A stretch of DNA of 64,000 bases from a candidate division WWE3 bacterium RIFCSPHIGHO2_01_FULL_40_23 (GTDB lineage: Bacteria; Patescibacteriota; WWE3; UBA101185; 2-01-FULL-41-18), in contig MEUZ01000007.1 of the NCBI GenBank assembly GCA_001772615.1, forward strand, positions 25,146-89,145. The letters are read 5' to 3'. Below, piece after piece: positions 59,413 through 64,000 of the stretch. The position numbers were made by a program, and so were the translations under genes. How positions within the stretch are numbered: position 1 is the first letter of the stretch; the number at the start of each line of letters is the position of its first letter. The notes under the pieces were generated by a model that was given only the letters and a program-made list of their open reading frames with translations, made no database searches and had not been told where the DNA came from.

Positions 59413-59877
59413 CTAAAGACCTTGCAGACGTCCTCTGACTACGGATCCTAGAGCGCTCCCATCCACTCTCCCCTTAAGTTTAGGCATTAAATATCCCATC
59501 ACCTTCCCCATATCTGAAACTTCCGAAGCTGATGTAGCTTTAATAGCCTCATCAACCATCTTTGAAAGTTCCTCCCCGGAAACCTCTTCGGGAAGATACG
59601 TTTTTAAAATATCCATCTCGCCCGCTTCCTTGTCAACTAAATCCTTCCGCCTGCCTTTTTCAAACTCAACGATTGACTCCTTTCTTTGCTTAACCTGCTT
59701 TGAAATCACACCGATCACTTCATCATCAGTGAGTACTTTCTCTAAAGGTCGTAGTTCAATTTCCCTATTCTTAACGGCTGATAACAAATACCGCAAAGTT
59801 GAAACCCTTAACTCATCCCTATTTTTTTGGGCTTCTACCAGATCATTTTGAATTTTAGTTAATAGAGACGAGGACAT
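59413..59877 (-). CDS. GatB/YqeY domain protein
   Basis: LRVSTLRYLLSAVKNREIE. Confidence 0.75.
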   Translation of the reverse strand: MSSSLLTKIQNDLVEAQKNRDELRVSTLRYLLSAVKNREIELRPLEKVLTDDEVIGVISKQVKQRKESIVEFEKGRRKDLVDKEAGEMDILKTYLPEEVSGEELSKMVDEAIKATSASEVSDMGKVMGYLMPKLKGRVDGSALGSVVRGRLQGL

Positions 59878-59881
59878 CGGA

Positions 59882-60076
59882 TCAGGTCCTGTGCATTCTT
59901 TCGTTATAAATCCTTCTTGCCTGCTCTTTCATTTTTCTTCTTTTAATTGCGCTTGGTTTTTCATAAAATTCTCTATCTTTGACCTCCTGCAGGATGCCTT
60001 CTTTCTGAACTTCCCTCTGAAACCTCCTTAAGGCCTGCTCCAGCGTCTCGTCATGCCTCACTTTTACTTTTGCCAT
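59882..60076 (-). CDS. rpsU: 30S ribosomal protein S21
   Basis: [29 protein letters not shown]. Confidence 0.85.
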   Translation of the reverse strand: MAKVKVRHDETLEQALRRFQREVQKEGILQEVKDREFYEKPSAIKRRKMKEQARRIYNERMHRT

Positions 60077-60130
60077 GATTTATTGGTAATAAATATACCG
60101 TAAAACACCTCCCAACTTTAAAAACTACTT

Positions 60131-60484
60131 TTAACTTGGGCCTCCCGGCTCCACTTTGGATCCACCCATTATATGAACGTGCTGATGGTCAAAATGATGA
60201 TACCCCGCCCCGTTGTTTATCATCTTGTACCCTGTTTTATCAAGACCCAGATGCTTTATTGCCTCATAAACCGCAGCCATCATCTTATCCCAGTAGCATT
60301 CTTTGCTGTACTTCCCTTCCATTGTATCAGTTTTTTCACGATGTTTCTTATCAAGAACCAGCACGTGAATAGGCGCTTTGGGAAACTTGTTCTTAATCAC
60401 AAGAAATTCTTTAGTTTCAGTAACTTTTACCGACGGCTCCGACCCTTCAACTATCTTACAAAAAAGACAACCCTGATTTCTCAT
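60131..60484 (-). CDS. HIT-family hydrolase
   Basis: Histidine triad HHFDHQHVHIMGG. Confidence 0.8.
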   Translation of the reverse strand: MRNQGCLFCKIVEGSEPSVKVTETKEFLVIKNKFPKAPIHVLVLDKKHREKTDTMEGKYSKECYWDKMMAAVYEAIKHLGLDKTGYKMINNGAGYHHFDHQHVHIMGGSKVEPGGPS

Positions 60485-60579
60485 AAATCCTACAAAAGGA
60501 TATCACAAAAAAACAATAAATTAAACTATTCAGAAGGGAAAATATGCACGCTATAAGTCTAGTTAAAACGTTTGCAGTT

Positions 60580-62061
60580 TTAATATGCCTGGGCGAAAAT
60601 CCATTTGTGCTTTGCCTCATTTCCGCAGTATACACATTTTCCTTTTTCCTCTTTTTCATCTAAAAGTAAACATCTTGTACCCGCTTTTGTTTTTCCTTTA
60701 ATTGATTCCTCGCAAGCTTTATCCTCGCACCAAAAAGCTCTAATGAACCCTTTCTTTGTTCGCATAATTTCTTCAAATTCTTTAAAATTGTTTATTTCTG
60801 ACGTCAATTTTTTCAAATTTTCTTCGGCTTGAGCAAGTAAATTACTCTGTATACTCGCCAGGGCTTTAGATACGTCCTTTGTTATGTTTTTGGAATTAAA
60901 TTTCTCAAATGTATCCCTCCGCACCAGTAAATAACTCCCTGATTCAATTTCTTTAGGCCCAACTTCTACTCTTATAGGTACTCCTTTTACCTCCCACTTA
61001 TTAATTCTAAAACCCAAAGTTTCATCCTCCCGCCCATCAACTTCCGCTCTAATTCCGGCAGATGAAAGCTCAGTGGCCAATTCATTAGATCTTGTTAACT
61101 GCTTTGAATCATCCGGCTGTACAGGCAAAATTATTACCTGAATAGGCGCAAGTTTTGGTGGGAGACGAAGGCCTTTATCATCTCCATGCGCAAGAACTAG
61201 CGCCCCGATTGATCTTGTTGAAAACCCCCAGCTTGTCTGCCATACATATTCTTTTTTGGAATCTTTATTTTGAAAGGATATATCAAAGGCTTTGCTGAAA
61301 TTTTGCCCCAGATCGTGCGAGGTGCAGTTCTGCAAAGCCTTTCCATCAGGCATCATAGCTTCAAAAGACAGCGTTGTAACTGCACCTGCAAACTTTTCGG
61401 ATTCGGACTTCTTTCCTACAAAACCAGGGATAGCAAAATAATCCCTGTAAATACCCCTGTACATATTTGCCGCCCATAACACAAAATCCCAAGCTTCTTC
61501 ATGCGTAGCGTGGGCCGTATGCCCTTCCTGCCACAAAAACTCCGTTGTTCTTAAAAAAAGATATGTTCGTTTTTCCCAGCGGACAACATTATTCCATTGG
61601 TTAATGAGTAACGGAAGATCTCGCCACGACTGAACCCATTTTTTATACATTTCATACATAATGGTTTCGGATGTAGGCCTTACAGCCAAAGGCTCTGAAA
61701 GCTCTTCCCCACCTCCGTGTGTAACTATCGCAAGCTCGGGCGAAAACCCTTCAACATGGCTTTTTTCCTTATTCAATAAAGAGATTGGGATAAAAATAGG
61801 AAAGTAGCCATTTCTAACACCTTTTTCTTTAATCAAAGGGTCCATAGCTGCCTGCAAAAGCTCCCAGATACCGTATCCATACGGCTTAATAACCATGCAT
61901 CCTTTAACGGGAGAATAATCGGCAAGATCAGCTCTTACAACAATGTCGTTATACCAATCGGATATGTTCTCGGATTTTTTCTTTTTTTGCGATTTATCGT
62001 ATGCCATATGTATTTCTATAATACAAGAAAACCGCTCTTTAACAAGGCTCATAATAGCCAT
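60580..62061 (-). CDS. proS: prolyl-tRNA synthetase, archaeal/eukaryotic-type class II
   Basis: Class II motifs; C-terminal CVYCGNEAKHKWIFAQAY. Confidence 0.85.
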   Translation of the reverse strand: MAIMSLVKERFSCIIEIHMAYDKSQKKKKSENISDWYNDIVVRADLADYSPVKGCMVIKPYGYGIWELLQAAMDPLIKEKGVRNGYFPIFIPISLLNKEKSHVEGFSPELAIVTHGGGEELSEPLAVRPTSETIMYEMYKKWVQSWRDLPLLINQWNNVVRWEKRTYLFLRTTEFLWQEGHTAHATHEEAWDFVLWAANMYRGIYRDYFAIPGFVGKKSESEKFAGAVTTLSFEAMMPDGKALQNCTSHDLGQNFSKAFDISFQNKDSKKEYVWQTSWGFSTRSIGALVLAHGDDKGLRLPPKLAPIQVIILPVQPDDSKQLTRSNELATELSSAGIRAEVDGREDETLGFRINKWEVKGVPIRVEVGPKEIESGSYLLVRRDTFEKFNSKNITKDVSKALASIQSNLLAQAEENLKKLTSEINNFKEFEEIMRTKKGFIRAFWCEDKACEESIKGKTKAGTRCLLLDEKEEKGKCVYCGNEAKHKWIFAQAY

Positions 62062-62153
62062 GTGATGTCCACCTCTTGCATTGAATTAAATTGATTATTA
62101 TAATTTCTTCTATCCAATTCCCCGACTAAAAAATCAGAAAAGGAGAAAACCTG

Positions 62154-62333
62154 ATGGCTCTTTACTATTGTCACACTTGCAGGGTTCAGCTTGATGAGCT
62201 AGGAGTAGCTGAACATCAACAAGCTGGACACACAGTGGATAAACTTCCACCGAAACAAGTTGAAATCCTTCAGCGCCGCACAGAAATCCCCAAAGACGCC
62301 CATGACGATGGGGGAAACCATCATGGCAACTGA
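62154..62333 (+). CDS. small Cys/His protein (59 aa) MALYYCHTCRVQLDELGVAEHQQAGHTV...
   Basis: Strong RBS AAAAGGAGAAAAC; stop overlaps start of the paralogous next ORF. Confidence 0.5.
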   Translation: MALYYCHTCRVQLDELGVAEHQQAGHTVDKLPPKQVEILQRRTEIPKDAHDDGGNHHGN

Positions 62334-62514
62334 CTTTTACTGCTGTGATTGCAAAGAGCTTGTACCCACGATGGAGGGAGTGGCAGGGCACATTAGTAGC
62401 GGTCACAACGTGATTCAGCTTAGTGGGAGAGAGCTTGAGATCGTTAGAACGAATGCGCAGAGCCGGGGGCTGAAAGAAAGTGTAGAACTGGAGCCTGCGA
62501 CACAGAGGAACTAA
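62323..62514 (+). CDS. small Cys/His protein (63 aa) MATDFYCCDCKELVPTMEGVAGHISSGHNV..., paralog of previous
   Basis: ATG within ATCATGG overlapping upstream stop; shared MA..(Y/F)YC..C...L.....A.(E/G)H...(A/S)GH.V pattern. Confidence 0.5.
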   Translation: MATDFYCCDCKELVPTMEGVAGHISSGHNVIQLSGRELEIVRTNAQSRGLKESVELEPATQRN

Positions 62515-62534
62515 TAACAACTAAATATGAACTC

Positions 62535-62580
62535 TAAGCCCTGAAGTTAAGCCATGTGCATACTTCAGGGCTTTTTATTT
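62535..62580 (+). terminator. rho-independent terminator (agcccugaagu..acuucagggcu + UUUUAUUU)
   Basis: 11-bp stem + T-run. Confidence 0.6.
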
Positions 62581-62630
62581 GATATTAAAAATGCTAATCT
62601 CTTATATAAAACCAACAAAGGAGAGGCGCT

Positions 62631-63401
62631 GTGACAGCAAAACCTGTTTTCATCGTTATTCTCGGAGGACCCGGATCAGGAAAAGGGACTCAAGCAAAAC
62701 TTATTGAGGGTATGTTTAAGATCCCACATATCTCAACAAGGATTCTGCTTCAGAACAACATGCAGAAAGGCACAACGCTGGGTCTTGAAGCAAAAATCTA
62801 CATCAATGCTGGCGAGCTGGTTCCGGATAGTGTAATCGCCAACATGCTTCGTGAACGTTTGAAGCAGGCCGACTGCAAAGCAGGAGCCATCTTTGACGGG
62901 TTTCCAAAAACTGAAAGTCAGTTTATTACATTAATTGGCTTGCTTGCCGAACTCGGGGCTAAACCTAACCTTGTCCTGCACCTAAAGGTGAAGGTTTCAG
63001 TTATGATAGAAAGGTTAACCTCACGCGTAACCTGTACCGGCACAGGTCAGCATGTATATAACCTCAAAATCAAAGCGCCAAAAACAGCAGGCAAATGTGA
63101 TATTGATGGCACCGGCCTCGTACCAAGAGCGGATGATGGTGAAATGCTTTTCATCCTCACAAGAATCTCGGCATACTTTCAAGCTACCGCCCCGCTTGTG
63201 AGCCATTTCAGGAAGCTAAACGCAGTAGCGAGGATTGTTGAAGTAAAAGAGATAGACGGTGAAAAACCTATTGAAGCTGTTTGGGAGCTAATGACGGCAG
63301 CGGTGGAACCTTTCTTTGCCGTCAGCGAAAGCGCGGAGCCTAAAGCTCAAGCCAAGATCGCCGCCACTCCCCCATTCACCGTTGAACCAACCCCAGCTTA
63401 A
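62631..63401 (+). CDS. adk: adenylate kinase with Cys-containing LID and ~40-aa C-terminal extension
   Basis: ILGGPGSGKGTQA P-loop; LID CTGTGQHVYNLKIKAPKTAGKCDIDG; GTG start with RBS AAGGAGAGG. Confidence 0.85.
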   Translation: MTAKPVFIVILGGPGSGKGTQAKLIEGMFKIPHISTRILLQNNMQKGTTLGLEAKIYINAGELVPDSVIANMLRERLKQADCKAGAIFDGFPKTESQFITLIGLLAELGAKPNLVLHLKVKVSVMIERLTSRVTCTGTGQHVYNLKIKAPKTAGKCDIDGTGLVPRADDGEMLFILTRISAYFQATAPLVSHFRKLNAVARIVEVKEIDGEKPIEAVWELMTAAVEPFFAVSESAEPKAQAKIAATPPFTVEPTPA

Positions 63402-63415
63402 GCCTGATTAAGCAA

Positions 63416-63450
63416 ACCCTCCCCACACCTAAAAACGTGGGGAGTTTTTT
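63416..63450 (+). terminator. rho-independent terminator (cuccccac..guggggag + U6) after adk
   Basis: 8-bp stem followed by TTTTTT. Confidence 0.6.
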
Positions 63451-63546
63451 AAAGGGCATGCCAATAAAATTATTGACATCACCTTTTTTAAATTCTTATA
63501 CTTTTTAAAACACCTACCGGCCTTTAATGCCGGAAACTACAAAGGA

Positions 63547-63660
63547 GACTAGACAATGAATTTCTTCACCCGGATTTACTGGAAAGATGCAGGCCAGGAA
63601 AACAAACCCCGAGTTCCTCCGCCCACGCCTTCACAGCAACCGGGAGGGAGAAAGAAGTAA
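63547..63660 (+). CDS. possible small ORF (37 aa) MNFFTRIYWKDAGQENKPRVPPPTPSQQPGGRKK
   Basis: RBS AAAGGAGA 8 nt upstream; followed by hairpin agcaggcu..agccugcu. Confidence 0.3.
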
Positions 63661-63827
63661 TCATCCTTCCTTATAGAGCAGGCTCGGAGCCAACTCCCAG
63701 CCTGCTCATTTGCCTTTGTTCATCATTCTGGATTCAATCCAGAATCCATAATTCCAGATTTCTACGTAGGTTGATCTTTAAGTAAACCTATAGTATAATT
63801 AGAAGATTCACCCAAGGAGTATAAAAA

Positions 63828-64000
63828 ATGAAAAAGATCTTGATCTTTATAGCTGGAACTTCGGCATCAGCTGGATTCTTGTGCGGAATACCCAGCTTAG
63901 CCGCCACGCTTCGGCCTTCAGTTCTTGAAGCATACGCCTGGGGGTTTGGGGCGATCCTTGGCGCAGTGCTGGTCCTTGGAGGTTGGGCTCTTTGGAGTTT
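63828..64000 (+). CDS. 5' part of a membrane protein, truncated by the window end
   Basis: RBS AAGGAG; hydrophobic N-terminus. Confidence 0.4.
   Translation, partial: MKKILIFIAGTSASAGFLCGIPSLAATLRPSVLEAYAWGFGAILGAVLVLGGWALWS

Noticed and set aside
62134-62520. 128-aa minus-strand ORF
   Set aside because: Antisense to two RBS-supported, paralogous, translationally coupled small ORFs followed by a plus-strand terminator.
63700-63790. tggattcaatccagaatcc dyad after adk as a tRNA T-arm
   Set aside because: It is only a short palindrome (ctgga-ttcaa-tccag). There is no acceptor stem or anticodon arm in context.
1-64000. CRISPR arrays, rRNA genes, restriction-modification or Cas genes
   Set aside because: No regularly spaced direct repeats, no rRNA-like conserved stretches and no recognisable nuclease or methylase motifs were seen by eye.

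Overview
Low-GC (~38-40%), gene-dense fragment with short intergenic spacers, many short-form housekeeping proteins and an archaeal/eukaryotic-type ProRS, consistent (inference only) with a reduced-genome bacterium of the Patescibacteria/CPR kind using the standard genetic code (TGA stops, RF1 present). Housekeeping content: an IMPDH/GMP-reductase-family enzyme, YebC, EF-P, LspA, DnaB, HisRS, L31, RF1, HtrA, the S41 protease Ctp, the rpsF-ssb-rpsR operon, YchF, a 3-methyladenine glycosylase, CysRS, RecR, DnaX, Pth, YbeY, S21, HIT, ProRS, Adk and one tRNA-Leu(CAA). Between these sit accessory patches, several with clearly elevated GC (~45-52%). The most unusual is a tightly packed minus-strand operon (16.4-23.4 kb): a PAS histidine kinase, two stand-alone CheY-like receivers, three paralogous copies of an unclassified multi-TM membrane module (one fused to the kinase), a eukaryotic-type ornithine-decarboxylase-fold PLP enzyme and an NNMT/PNMT/TEMT-family N-methyltransferase. 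I read it as a candidate self-contained methylated-amine synthesis and sensing system. Other notable items are listed under findings. No CRISPR array, rRNA or obvious restriction-modification genes were seen.
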